The position numbers and the translations under genes were made by a program. A DNA stretch of 63,602 nt, the filler included, from Olpidium bornovanus S191 (lineage: Eukaryota; Fungi; Olpidiomycota): the NCBI GenBank assembly GCA_017911155.1. It is 29 parts of 29 records of this genome, joined end to end, with 100 filler letters (N's around TTAATTAATTAA, not from the genome) between each part and the next. Parts side by side here need not be neighbours in the genome. Positions count along the whole stretch, not along the records: positions 13,203 to 14,407 come from JAEFCI010005997.1; positions 14,508 to 16,357 come from JAEFCI010008466.1; positions 16,458 to 19,697 come from JAEFCI010006286.1; positions 19,798 to 21,530 come from JAEFCI010011936.1; positions 21,631 to 22,778 come from JAEFCI010008753.1; positions 22,879 to 24,247 come from JAEFCI010004134.1; positions 24,348 to 27,791 come from JAEFCI010009485.1; 22 more parts are not named here. The stretch is one strand, 5' to 3'. Each line of letters begins with the position of its first letter. Positions within the stretch are counted from its first letter, which is position 1. The notes below the pieces were generated by a model. The model ran no database searches. It was given only the letters and a program-made list of their open reading frames with translations, and was not told where the DNA came from. Positions 13,203 through 24,695 of the stretch are shown piece by piece.

Positions 13203-14258
13203 GGACAGCCGCCGGTCTCCACGGCGCGAATCCGCTCTGGCGGAAGTGCCTGGTTCCGGACCAGGAACCTGGTTCGGGGAATTTCCGCTCGCACATCAAA
13301 CGGAACAGTTCGCCAGGTCTCGCCAAAGAAAATGACGAAGCTTCCTTCTGAAGTTCAGGGAAAGAGAAAGGAACAAAAGCGATTCGCGCGGCAGAAAATT
13401 AAACTCACTCGGTGTCCTCACGCGTGAAGATGTCGTTGGTAACGCACGCGAGGTTGTAAGAGTCGTGTAGGGCGCGGCATAGCGCCAAGCAGAGGGCAGT
13501 CTTCCCTGCGGCGAATTTTGACGGGCGGCCGCCTCACGTGAGCAAATTGCTTCGGCCCAGATTGTCAGCGTTCCGAAATGTGCCGACCGCGCGGGAAACA
13601 TGTGCGTTGTGATTTTGGCCGTCCGGACACGCAGCCAGCGCAAAAACCCCGGCAAACATCGTTTGGTCGCAATCTTACCGCTGCCTACAGGACCGCCGAT
13701 ACCGACGGTGAACGCCCTGGCACGCAAAAAAATAAAAAAAAAAAATAAAAAAAAGAAAAAGGAAGGACAAACGGGGAGAAAGAAGGGAGTGATAAACCGG
13801 TTGGCCAGCCGCGAAAGAAAGCACGAACGAGTCAGCTTCGACAAACTGGGGGGCCTCCACTTGCTTCCCGGCTTCCTGTATCTTTCATCCGGCATTCTAG
13901 GTAATTCTATTTTATATATTTTTTGTATGTTTTGACGAGAGCACGCCGCGCTCGAACGTGGAACGCACCTCTCGGCCCAGTTCCGCTCGCTGTAGAGCGG
14001 CACGGGCCTGTTCACGTATCTGCCGGGATGTTCAAGAACCTCGTGGGTGTGGCCGTGGTCGTGGGCGTGGTCGTGGGCGTGGTCGTGGGCGTGGTCGTGG
14101 GCGTGGTCGTGGGCGTGGGCGTGGGCGTGGTCGTGGTCGTGAGGGTGGCCGTACGCGGCCTGCGCCGCGTACACGCTCCCCTCGTCCTCCAGCGGGCCGC
14201 GCACCTCGAAGCGGCACACATCCTGCTTGGTCGGCAGGCTCTCGACGCCGGTGTCCAT
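13203..14258 (-). CDS. ureG: Urease accessory GTPase UreG, eukaryotic His-rich type (3'-partial)
   Basis: Spliced exons give [10 protein letters not shown]...[14 protein letters not shown] / [33 protein letters not shown] / [21 protein letters not shown], with canonical GT-AG junctions. Confidence 0.97.
14043..14147 (-). repeat. Coding His repeat in UreG (18 His alternating with D/A/P/G/T)
   Basis: Five exact copies of GTGGTCGTGGGC (14055-14114) plus 6-bp variants. Confidence 0.95.
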
Positions 14259-14330
14259 GTCTAGCGCCCCGCGTTCGCGGGCGGCTTTTTAGTGGTCCGT
14301 TGCGGGGAAGAACGCGCGCGTTTGGGCGAG

Positions 14331-14374
<44 letters not shown>

Positions 14375-14603
14375 AGAGGGGGGGGGGGGGGGGGGGGGAG
14401 GAGCGGANNNNNNNNNNNNNNNNNNNNNNNNNNNNNNNNNNNNNNNNNNNNTTAATTAATTAANNNNNNNNNNNNNNNNNNNNNNNNNNNNNNNNNNNNN
14501 NNNNNNNGGCCAGAGATAACATGCTTGTCTATGGCCTTCCCTGCCAGCATCCACTTACAGCCCACAACTCTGCATTCGACACCGCCAAACAATCATTTTC
14601 AAG

Positions 14604-14655
14604 TGCAAGGTATCTCTTTTGTACAGATTTGCAAGGTATCTCTTTTGTACGGATT
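14604..14655. repeat. 26-bp tandem duplication
   Basis: TGCAAGGTATCTCTTTTGTAC(A/G)GATT twice, at 14604 and 14630. Confidence 0.9.
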
Positions 14656-14940
14656 GACGTTTGTAGAACTGTATGAAGTAGTTAGCAAAACTACGGTAGC
14701 TGTTTTTTTCTTTGCAAAAACGTGATAGCTGATTTTTTTCTTTGGTAATTGTGTGCAATTTCCGGCTACGTAGTGGTAAGGTGTGCTGTGGCACGGCCCT
14801 CCAACCGCCCGTCGACCGACGCCACGGAAGGCGGGCGGCAGGCGAAGGACGGCGGGCGCAGGGCAAAGGGCGAGAGGCGGTCGAAGAGCAGAGGCGGAGG
14901 CGGGATCGAGGGCAGGATGGCCCCCGAACCCGGGGGCCGA

Positions 14941-15247
14941 CCAATAGAATAATCCCCCTCGAAGCCCGCCAATCAAAGAGCTCTTCCCCCCTTCCCCCCT
15001 CGAAGCCCGCCAATCGAAGAGCATTTTCCCTTTCCCTTTTCCCCCCCCAGCGCCACACGCGGGAACCCCCGTTAACCATAACCCCCCCCCCTCCCCGACT
15101 GCCCCTTGCACCCCACCGCACGAGAGCGCGGAGCCCCGCGTGGTAACCGCGCGGGAAGGGACCGGACGCACCGCGTCGACAGACGTGACGTCGAAGGACG
15201 GCTTTGACGTCGACTGACCTCCGCTCGACGTCGACGAGCATAAATAG
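14941..15247 (+). promoter_or_regulatory. Putative promoter-like motif cluster
   Basis: CCAAT at 14941, 14969 and 15010 (the latter two inside a duplicated CCCCTCGAAGCCCGCCAATCRAAGAGC). GACGTCGA at 15187, 15206 and 15228. CATAAATAG at 15239. Function is inferred only. Confidence 0.3.
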
Positions 15248-15484
15248 CGTCCCTTCCGCTCCATAGCTCGACTTCGAACACAACAACGGCCTTTCCCCTT
15301 TTACTTTCCAATCGTCTTCGATCAAACTTGCCCTCGTCGACCCTCGTCACCTTACCTGTAGCACCCTGCTCAGACCTGACGAGGAAGAGGAATACAACGC
15401 TGTGAACCTTGCTGCAGTACATAAAGTGGTTCACACAGCGGGACACCACTGCTGCTGCTATTCGTTTTCAGTTAATCTGGCTCG

Positions 15485-15555
15485 TTCGGCTGACCCGGCT
15501 GGTTTGGCTGGTTCGGCTGACCCGGCTGTTTCGGCTGACCCGACTGTTTCGGTCC
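15485..15555. repeat. 18-bp tandem repeat (TTCGGCTGACCCGGCTGK), three copies plus a 9-bp half unit
   Basis: Visible directly. It preserves frame and encodes GSAETAGSAEPAKPAGSAE on the minus strand. Confidence 0.9.
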
Positions 15556-16457
15556 TAGTAATGTCGAGTGGAGTTAGATTGAATTCCTTCGAAAGGTTGC
15601 TGTTCAAGAAACACAAAATGTCGCTCGTACCAACTGCAACTTTTTTGGGGGTCGTCCGAAACATTGATGACCGTCTGGGCTTTGCGCGTATCTTTTTCGT
15701 CAGACGAGATCACAATCACAGGCGCCTTTTGTTGCACCTTTGGATTTTCTTTTTGGTGCCATTTCCCGTGTTTTGTTTTTTTTTATCGGCGATCGTTCTG
15801 TTTTTTTTTTCTGTCAATGTGAGCTGGTTCAGTGGTCGGAGGTTTAATTTGATGTTTGGCGCCGGTGGATCACGAAGGAATATCAGACACTGCACGCGGA
15901 TGCGCCCACCAGGCGTGCAAAGCAAACCAGATGTGACGTGCTCACCCACCAGAGGTTGTAAAGATCTTTCCTTTTTTTCGCGTTTTTGGCTGTCGTTGAC
16001 TGGGTTTTTTTTGGTTTTGACAAACGGTTGATATCGGATGCTGGGGGTTTTTTTTTTTGACGAAGACTTGATGTCAGAGGTTAAATAGTCTACCTACGAC
16101 GCAAACATGTCACGCTTCTAAAGTTTTCTTACCGTAACTCATTTGTTGTTACAACGCGTAAAATAAAAAGTTGAGGTAAAGAAAACCGTAGCTGTAGACG
16201 CCTCTTTCGTTACTTTGTTCCCTGACCGTGTACTTTCCCGCACACAGAAATGGCCGAAGAAGACAACGACGTTCAGCAACAACTCAAGGTGTTAAAAAAA
16301 CAACGCGAACCGCGTTTTTTTGAGCAGCGACGGAAGTCGTGCTGGAAGAAGCGGTCANNNNNNNNNNNNNNNNNNNNNNNNNNNNNNNNNNNNNNNNNNN
16401 NTTAATTAATTAANNNNNNNNNNNNNNNNNNNNNNNNNNNNNNNNNNNNNNNNNNNN

Positions 16458-16517
<60 letters not shown>

Positions 16518-16665
16518 CGTCGCAACTCCCGGGTCCCTGAGTGAAAAAAAAAGGGAAAAGTCAAGAAGTCGTCGTATAAAAAAGAACCCGCGTCGCGCGC
16601 GCGCACGAATCAACAGCCCGCGGTTGCCCCGCTGCGATTTGCTGCGTCCCGGTTCTCCCTCAGCC

Positions 16666-17479
16666 ATGGTGGCGAAGAGTAAGTTTCCGGTTATGCCGCC
16701 TCGCTTTTCCCCACCTCTTCCGGCCCCTCCCGGCGCCGCGAAACGGTGACTTGTGCGGCGCGCTCCGCCCGCCTCTCCCCTCAATTCCCTCCCCGGCCCT
16801 ATCTCCGTGCGAGCTGCCTTTGACGCCTGTCTCGCGGCGGCCTGTTCGACGGCGAACAGTGCTAACAGCGGGCCATTTCTTGGCCTGGGGTGAACCTTCT
16901 TGTCGCCGTTTCCCTGGTCGAACCCCCTGTGGCTTGACGTCGCGGGTTTTTGCTGGGGGCCAAAAGTTTTGCTCGACTAGCGGTTTTGCGTTGTTTCTCA
17001 AAACCCTAACTTTTTGTCGGTTGTATTTCCTTCTCGTCGTGTGGGACGGACCCGCTTTTCCCCCGCGCAGAGCACAAGAGCAAGCGGATGAAGTGTTCGA
17101 CGAAGTACCGGATAACGAAGCAGGCGGCCGAAAAGCGCCGCAAGGACAGGAAGGAGGCGAAGAAGAACCCGAAGAAAAAGAGTACGCCGTTCGTTTGCCC
17201 TCCCGCGCTCTGCCCCGTCCCTCCGTCGTGACCGTCCTGTCCCCCCCACCCCTTTTTCTTTCCGTGCAAACAGAGGCGAAGAAGGACCCAGGGATTCCTG
17301 CAAACTGGCCGTTCAAAGAGGAGCTCCTGCAACAATTGGCGGAGCAGAGGAGAGAGGAGGAAGAAACGAAAGCCAGAGAGCGAGAAGAGCGGGCAAGGCT
17401 GGCCGCGAAAGCCAGACAGCAAAAGGAGCGAGCGCGGCAGGCCTCGCGCGTCCCCCGTGAGCGCCCGTCTACGGCGTGA
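16666..17479 (+). CDS. GNL3/Nug1/Grn1 N-terminal domain; GTPase domain not found
   Basis: Exons 16666-16678, 17071-17181 and 17274-17479 give MVAKKHKSKRMKCSTKYRITKQAAEKRRKDRKEAKKNPKKKKAKKDPGIPANWPFKEELLQQL, followed by a coiled coil and TGA. KDPGIP..PFKE is the GN3L_Grn1 signature. Confidence 0.8.
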
Positions 17480-17868
17480 TAATAACGCGCCCTATAATAG
17501 CGAAATCATTTCCGGCCATTCCAAATTTAATTGCGCTCTCGTTTTCAACCGTCATTGAGAGAAATCGGGGCATCCACAGAAAGTCCAATAGTTGGCAGGA
17601 TCACGCGATACGGCAGTGCATCAGAAACGTCGTAGTCACTTTGCGTGACTGTTGGTTGGAAAAAGAACTCTCTTAACTCGGATCGCTTCCTGGACGTTTA
17701 TTTGGGACGTCGTCGGTGAAAGGAAAAAAAGGAGGAGGGGGGCGGGGTCCGCCAATTTCACAAGCCGACCGGATTATCTTCGGTCTGACCAAGCGCGCAC
17801 GTCAAATTCAACGCTTCCCGCAATCCTCAACCACGAGACGAAGGTTATTCGGCCAACAAAAAAAAAAG

Positions 17869-19697
17869 TCAAGCTACAACCTTCATTTTGCCTTCCACCA
17901 TCCCGACCAAGATGTCTGAGTAAGTCTCCAGGAGGTCTCGGGCGTCCACGCCGCAGATCCCGCTCCGCGCGTTGGCAACGGCCTCGTCGGAGGCGCGGCG
18001 GTTCTCGTCCCCTGTGGAGCGGAGCGCGACCTCCCTCTGCTGTCCCGCCACCTCGTCCAGCTCGGCCCGGACGCCGCGGAAGCACGCCCTCATCTGGTCC
18101 AGCAGCTCGCTCTGGTCGTTGTCCGGATCAGGGAGGAGAGCCGCCGCATTGTAAGCATCCACGAGACTAGAAACGAGACCCTGCAAGTCGGAGAGCTCCC
18201 GGCGGATCTGCACCGTGTCTGGGAGAGAAGAAAAAAAAAATAAAAAAGGGGGGGGGTGGGGGGAAGGGAAGAAAAGGAGGAGTTGAGAATTAATTTTGTT
18301 GTAACCCATTAAAAAAAAGAACAGTGCGTTACAAAGCGAGACCAGCCCTCCCCCCACCTCACCAAAGCCTCTGGCGGAGTAGATCTCGTGCGGTGAGGTG
18401 GACACGATGGCGATGTTGTTATCGCGCGTGTGGCTCCACCGCCGGTTCGCGCCGGTGTCTGGCGGCGCGGCAACGTGCAGTTCGCCCTGCCTTCTCCTGC
18501 CCGCAGCTCCCTGGAATCCCGCGCCTTGTGCAGCCGCGCCGGGCAGCGCCCCGCCGTCGTACTTTGCGGTTCCGAGATGCGCCGTGGAAGCCGGCGGCTG
18601 AGTAGGATTTCTTCGCGCGTAAGCATCCTTGAGAAACGGTTGGAACGGCGCCTCACCCCCGGCCACCCTGCAGCCGAACGTATCCGGCCGGCAGTATTCT
18701 TCGATGACGACGGCGGAGGTGCTGCCGGGCTCGGCATCGTCGCCGAAGTTTCCCTGGTCACGCGGCACCACCGAAATTCGGCCCGGCAGCAGACGCTCGT
18801 GCGGTGCGATACCTGCTCGGACGGGCGGCGGCTCCCGCGCAGTAGCCCGCGTCCACGCCGGCTTGGCCGCCGGCCCTCCCGGGTGCGGGCTGCGCGGGAT
18901 TTCGGCGTTGCTCGCGACCCGCCCTCGATCATCCCTGGCCCGCGCGGGCGGCGGCGCCTTTACAAATACGTACGGCCCGGCCTCGCCGCCACCGTCCGGC
19001 GCAGACACCGACCGTTTTCGCGACGCGGAGGGCGGCGTGACTGGACCCTCCGGCATCACGGGGGACTCTGCGGGCGCCGGCGTCACTGGCGAGAGGGAAT
19101 GCCACTGCTGCCGCGACGCCAGGTCCCCCGTTCGCGCCAAGTGCCCCGCCGCTGAACTCGACTCGCCGCTATAGAGGACCACGCCGACCTGGTCGACCCG
19201 CTGGAATTCGACATTTGAATAGCCGACGCCGAGTTGGTGGAGAAGCCACGGCGCAAGGAGCAGGAAGTGAATTTCACGACCTTTGCCCGCGGGAGCACTT
19301 AAAAACGGTAAAAAGAAAAGAAAACATTCGCGGAATACCTGAGCCCATTTGCCGGAGACCGGCGCGAAATTCCCCGTCGTTCCTGCTGCCATATCCTGCC
19401 CGGCGGGACTCGCGGCCACCCCAAGAGATATTTGCTCGGTAAATTCCGGCAGGAAACTCGAGTGACCGGTCTGGTACGCTCGTTTGAACCCCGGCGGCCT
19501 TGCATCTGTTTCCGTCGCCTCCTCGCGCGTGTGCGCTGCACTCAACGACGAATCCGGCGCGACCGGGCGGCGATGTTCCGGCCGTTCGTCTGGACGGCGG
19601 ATCTCGAATGCGTCCGCGCCGACGCCTGATTCCGCCGGGCGCACCTGCTGTCGGTAGCCGGACGAAGCTTTCTCCATCCCTCGGGCGGTGGCCGCCG
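17869..19697 (-). CDS. C-terminal part of a large low-complexity protein, MAPKBP1/WDR62-like
   Basis: The terminal helix DLLETYSDILVGMVEGKM resembles the MAPKBP1/WDR62 C-terminal LLEQYSELL..AV motif and is preceded by a predicted helical bundle. WD repeats are not on this contig. The ORF reads through probable introns. Confidence 0.5.
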
Positions 19698-19806
19698 NNN
19701 NNNNNNNNNNNNNNNNNNNNNNNNNNNNNNNNNNNNNNNNNTTAATTAATTAANNNNNNNNNNNNNNNNNNNNNNNNNNNNNNNNNNNNNNNNNNNNACA
19801 TGAATA

Positions 19807-19879
19807 AATTGCATCGGGTCGGAGAGGGGTCCGTAAAAGAGCATAAAGTAATTGCATCGAGTCGGAGAGGGGTGCGTAA
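19807..19879. repeat. 30-bp direct repeat, two copies, 43-bp period
   Basis: AATTGCATCG(G/A)GTCGGAGAGGGGT(C/G)CGTAA at 19807 and 19850. Confidence 0.9.
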
Positions 19880-20437
19880 TGGCGGGCGGAGTTTTTCGTT
19901 GGGTGCTGGAAAGTGGTGTTCCTCGCTGCTGTTACAATGGGTTTTCCCGGATTTATATGGAGACAGAACGGGATTTCGTCGTTACCAGGTGGTCATTGAC
20001 ATCTAAATTGTTAACCACCGTACTCGAAGTTCCGCCGGCACTCGACACGCCCATTGACCACGTAGTTCGCCGTTGAAGCAGCGTCGCGCATCCTGCAACA
20101 TAGCCTAAAATAGCACAATAGAACCATATGGCTGCTTCTGGTAGAATCTACTTCACATTCCAGCTGCCGCGCAACACCGAGGGATGATGCCGTACAAGAT
20201 GGGAAGTTTTCCGTCGCTACTGGCTCTTGAGAATTTGCCAGCCTTGGCCATCGTGCGAGCTCGGCTTCTGCCGCGAAGCCTGTTTACTCCGGCAAAATTT
20301 ACGTTGCAGCCGTTGAGAAAGGGCGGGTGTTTTCTTTTTTTTTTGTCCCTCCTGAGTGAGGCGCATCCACCTGCCGCGCAATACCTTTCCGGGAGGCCAA
20401 AGGCCGCGCAAAAATCGAACGCAACGAAGGGGCAACC

Positions 20438-21422
20438 ATGGGCATCTTCAAGCAGCAAGAGCGGAGGCAGCAACGGAAGAAGGCCAGGCAGGAGGAGCTG
20501 GATGCCAAGAGGGCCGCGAGGGACGCCGCGGAAGAGGCCAGGCAGGCAGCCGCTGCCGAGTACGAGGAGCGCGCTAGGAGGAGGGAGGCGGTGCTGGTCG
20601 CCGCAAAGGCGAAGCAAAGAGCTGCTGCGAAAAAGAGGAAGCACGAAGGTGCAAGACCTTTCGCGGGCGCGCCGACGGCAAGGGAGACGATCGCCGGCCT
20701 GAAGCGCGGCGCCGAGGAGGCAGCGGCCGCCGCTCAAAAGACGAACGGGGGGAAGAAGAGGAAGACCGCCGCAGCTGCCGCCGTCACCGCTGACGCCGGG
20801 AAGAAGACGGTCCAAGGGGCCCTCGCTCTCACCGAGAAAGGCGAGGAGAAGCCTAGGCACAAGCAAAAGATTCTCCTTCTAGCGTCCAGGGGGATCAGCT
20901 TCCGTCACCGACACCTCATGAACGACCTGGGGGAGGTTCTTCCGCACGCGAAGAAAGGTGGGCTTGGCTTCGGACGCTTCCTCTCGTGCCACGGTGCGAT
21001 CCTACCTGTCGGCTCACACTCAAACCGGCCTGCAATTCCCTGCCCGCACGTCCCGCAGGCGCGAAACTGGACTCCAAGTCCGACCTTAAGCTGATAAACG
21101 AGCTTGCCGAGCTCTCTAACTGCAACGGCTGCATGTTCTTTGAAGCGCGGAAACAGGAGGACCTGAACCTGTGGCTGGCCAAGACGCCGAACGGTCCGAG
21201 CGTCCAGTTTCACGTTCAGAACGGTACGGCCATGAGTTTTGCGCGTGACGCGCGCCCAAGGTGCAGGAACTCTGATCCACGCAATCGTCTTCGGCAGTCC
21301 ACACAATCAGTGAGCTGAAAATGACCGGCAACCGCTTCAGGGGGACTCGACACCTCTTGTCTTTCGACAGAAATTTTGACGGAGAGCCCCACCTGCGGTT
21401 GATGAAGCACATGTTTACGCAG
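20438..21422 (+). CDS. BRX1: Ribosome biogenesis protein Brx1 (Brix domain), 3'-partial
   Basis: KQKILLLASRGISFRHRHLMNDL...LPHAKK / AKLDSK...NELAELSNCNGCMFFEARKQEDLNLWLAKTPNGPSVQFHVQN / VHTISELKMTGN...LSFD, with canonical introns. Confidence 0.95.
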
Positions 21423-21804
21423 GTATGCTGGTAGTCGGGTAGCACGTTTATGCCGTGCAAACCATTGCGAGGGCGGGCAAAGGCGAATGTTAGAACCGCG
21501 CCTTCCCAGTACGCTGACTGCCGACTACGCNNNNNNNNNNNNNNNNNNNNNNNNNNNNNNNNNNNNNNNNNNNNTTAATTAATTAANNNNNNNNNNNNNN
21601 NNNNNNNNNNNNNNNNNNNNNNNNNNNNNNCCGCCCCCGCCGCGCCCCCGCCATCGCCGCGCGCCCTCCGCCACCGCCGCGCTTCGGCACCGCCTTTGCG
21701 CGCCACCACCCACCGCCTCCCGCCACCCACCCCCCGCCGAACGACCCGCCAGGGTTTCGCGCTGGAGCAAAACCTGTTTTCCGCAGCCGAACGACGCAGC
21801 AACC

Positions 21805-22747
21805 ATGGCGGCCTCCCTCGACGGAGGCTGGAAGTTCGCGCAGTGCTTTGGGGATAAGGGGGACGTCGACGAAATCACAGAAGGTGGGGAGTACGGGCGT
21901 GTTGGCAGGGAGCAGTCGTTGCGGGGCCTGGAAAGAGGAAAGGAGAGCAAAATCGGATGGTCTGGAAAGAAAGTGTCTCGCGCCGTATTTTATCCGCGGA
22001 TGGCTTCCTTGCCGTCGGCGAGTCGAGGGTTGCTGCAGCCAAAGATATGAGGCCTTCGCGAGGCTTGGTCGATGGTGCCACAGGGATGGTTTTGTTCTTC
22101 GATGTCCTGGGAGAACTTTAAGGAGCTGCGCGGCCTCCACAAAGCGCAGCGGCGCGGACATCGACCGCTATCCGCTTGTATCTTTCCCAGACGCGAGAGG
22201 GCGCTTCCGTCGGAAAATGGCAGCCAAATGCGTTTGCAGTTTCGAACAAATTTGCGTGCCTTCTTTGGACTTGCGCACGAGAAACCTCTGCGGGTCGATC
22301 TTGCGTCTGACTCCCGCCTCGTTCTCCTACATCTTAGCGGACATCATTTCCACAGTCGAGTTCGATCACACCGGAGACTATCTTGCTACTGGTGACAAAG
22401 GCGGCCGTGTCGTACTTTTTGAGCGGAACGAAGGGGTAAGCAGGAAATCCGCGCGCTACCTTAGATTTTAGTTAATTCCAGAAACTGAAAAATATTGTTC
22501 GGGTTTCGGGCATCGAAGCTCGAATAGCCGGTAGCTTTGCTTCCATTGACCTTCTGTTCCTGCTCCGCGTCTCCGTCAACTGGTCTGACGCGGTAGAAAA
22601 AATGCTGCGAGTATAAATTCCATGCAGAGTTTCAGTCTCACGAGCCTGAATTTGATTATCTCAAAAGTCTGGAAATCGAGGAGAAAATTAACAAGATAAA
22701 TTGGTGTCGTCGGCAGAATTCGTCGCATTTTCTGCTGTCAACAAACG
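21805..22747 (+). CDS. CDC55: PP2A regulatory subunit B55, 3'-partial
   Basis: Exons 21805-21883, 22338-22435 and 22597-22747: [64 protein letters not shown]. Confidence 0.98.
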
Positions 22748-23715
22748 GTGCGAGAGCCGCCGAGTGAACCGTTCATGANNNNNNNNNNNNNNNNNNNNNN
22801 NNNNNNNNNNNNNNNNNNNNNNTTAATTAATTAANNNNNNNNNNNNNNNNNNNNNNNNNNNNNNNNNNNNNNNNNNNNCATGAGGGATATGGCATAAGTT
22901 GGCCTGGCCCCTCTTACGAAACAAAATACCAAACCTGGAGGTGACGGCTGAAGGGAGATGAACCAGCTGCCTGGGAAGGGGATTAATGAAAAACTATATT
23001 AAAGAGATCGTTTTTATTGTTACACTTAATAACACCAGGGTCCCCCAAGCGTATGGTGAACGCTGTCCTCCCGTCCTGTCGCTAATTTGCGCTAAAGCAG
23101 AATTCCTGCGCTTTGAAATGGACAAACCGAAATGAAGACAAAAAGTCACGCGTTTTTCTAATTTTCAGCGGGGCGAAGGGGGAAAAATCAGGACGCTGAG
23201 CAAGCTTCAGGTACAGTTGCGCGAGCGGCGGCAACTGCCAAAGTAGCCGTGGTTGTTTTGTTGTAGTGGCGAGTTCTGAGGAGGCGAACTTCGAACGGCG
23301 GGGGCGCGTGGAGGGGGGAGCGTCGAGGGGCCGGTCGTGTGGGGGTGACCCCGCGACGTGGCGGCGAGGGGTTGGGGCGGGCAGGCGTGTGGCGTTGGAA
23401 GGGTGCGGGCGCGTGGCTCGACGTGTTCCTGCCTTTTCTCTTTCTAAAAAAAAAACCCCATCACTTACTTAATAATACACGCACACGCACACAAACACAC
23501 GCACACACACACAAAAAAAAGAAAGACCGCAGGGCCAGCAACTTGCACGCCCTGTCTGCCTTCCCTGATCCTGGGCCACAGCGCCGCGGGCCTCGCCCCG
23601 CGACTGAGCAGCAAAACGGCGCCGTTTATCCCCCCACCCCCCCGGCGGCAGCCAGCGCGGGCCGTTGTCGCGAGAGCCGGAAGCGGGTTCCCCGGGGAAG
23701 CGGGGGAAAAAAGCA

Positions 23716-24247
23716 ATGCCGACCCTCTTGGCCGAGTACGGCGGCTTGATCGTCTGCCGTTCGACCAAACCGCGGACTGGCAAGAGCCAGGGCCAAAACG
23801 GAGAGGCGGACAGAGAGGAGTGCATCGTGAAGTCCGCGGACCCGATGTCCCAGTTCGGCGGGGACGTTTCGGAACTGCTGCCGAACGAATTCCGGCTGCT
23901 CACCGAACTGCCGGAATCCGGCGGCTGGTGGAAGCCAAAGTCGATCGAGACAACGGCGGACGGCGTCCGGGTCATTTTTCCTTGCCGCTCGTGGCGCCCT
24001 CTTCGGACCGTTTTCTGTGCGTCCGGAGGCAGCCCGGGGGAAGCGCGGACTCCGAAATGGTCGTACACGACGTCAGGCACGAGCAACGCCCTCCGCATCA
24101 GGGATCTCCTCTACTGCGCATCATATACATGATGGCACAGACCCAAACGCAGCGATAGCATTTCGCTAACCCGACATCGTCAGGAAATTGGGATAGCCTA
24201 CCTCGATATTATTCTGGGTTCGCTGCGTCAGTTGACGGATTCAGAAC
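23716..24247 (+). CDS. Hypothetical protein, possibly a degenerate kinase-fold N-lobe
   Basis: ORF from ATG 23716 (...EECIVKSADP...ELLPNEFRLLTEL...WWKPKSIETTADGVRVIF). A CTAAC...CAG acceptor precedes EIGIAYLDIILGSL. Resemblance to a kinase is weak and by eye only. Confidence 0.3.
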
Positions 24248-24453
24248 NNNNNNNNNNNNNNNNNNNNNNNNNNNNNNNNNNNNNNNNNNNNTTAATTAAT
24301 TAANNNNNNNNNNNNNNNNNNNNNNNNNNNNNNNNNNNNNNNNNNNNGGGGATTTCCGCTTCCGACCGCGACACACCTCCGAGGACGAGATGGGGTCTGG
24401 CGATTAACGTTGCGGATGGGAAGGGTGGGGGGGGGGGGGGGGGGGGACGGGGG

Positions 24454-24498
<45 letters not shown>

Positions 24499-24695
24499 GG
24501 GGAGGGGACCTGCGCGGTCCTCGACCGGCGCCGATCTCCGAATCCCTCCCGCTTATGAAATCTTTTCTCGCGCGGGGAGGAAGGTCGTCTTTGCGGCTGC
24601 CGCCCTTCCCCTCTCGTCTTTTCTGAGCAGCAGGTTCGCCCGAGACGAACCTCGCCCGTAGCCAGTCCGTCAGCCTGCACCTCCCGGGAAACGCC

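Noticed and set aside
13203-14258. UreG as a bacterial contaminant or horizontal transfer
   Set aside because: It has spliceosomal introns and the eukaryote-type His-rich N-terminus.
19807-19879. 30-bp direct repeats as a CRISPR array
   Set aside because: Only two copies, a 13-bp spacer, no cas genes and a eukaryotic context.
16666-22747. Apparent cluster of ribosome-biogenesis genes (Nug1-like, BRX1)
   Set aside because: They are on different contigs separated by an artificial spacer.
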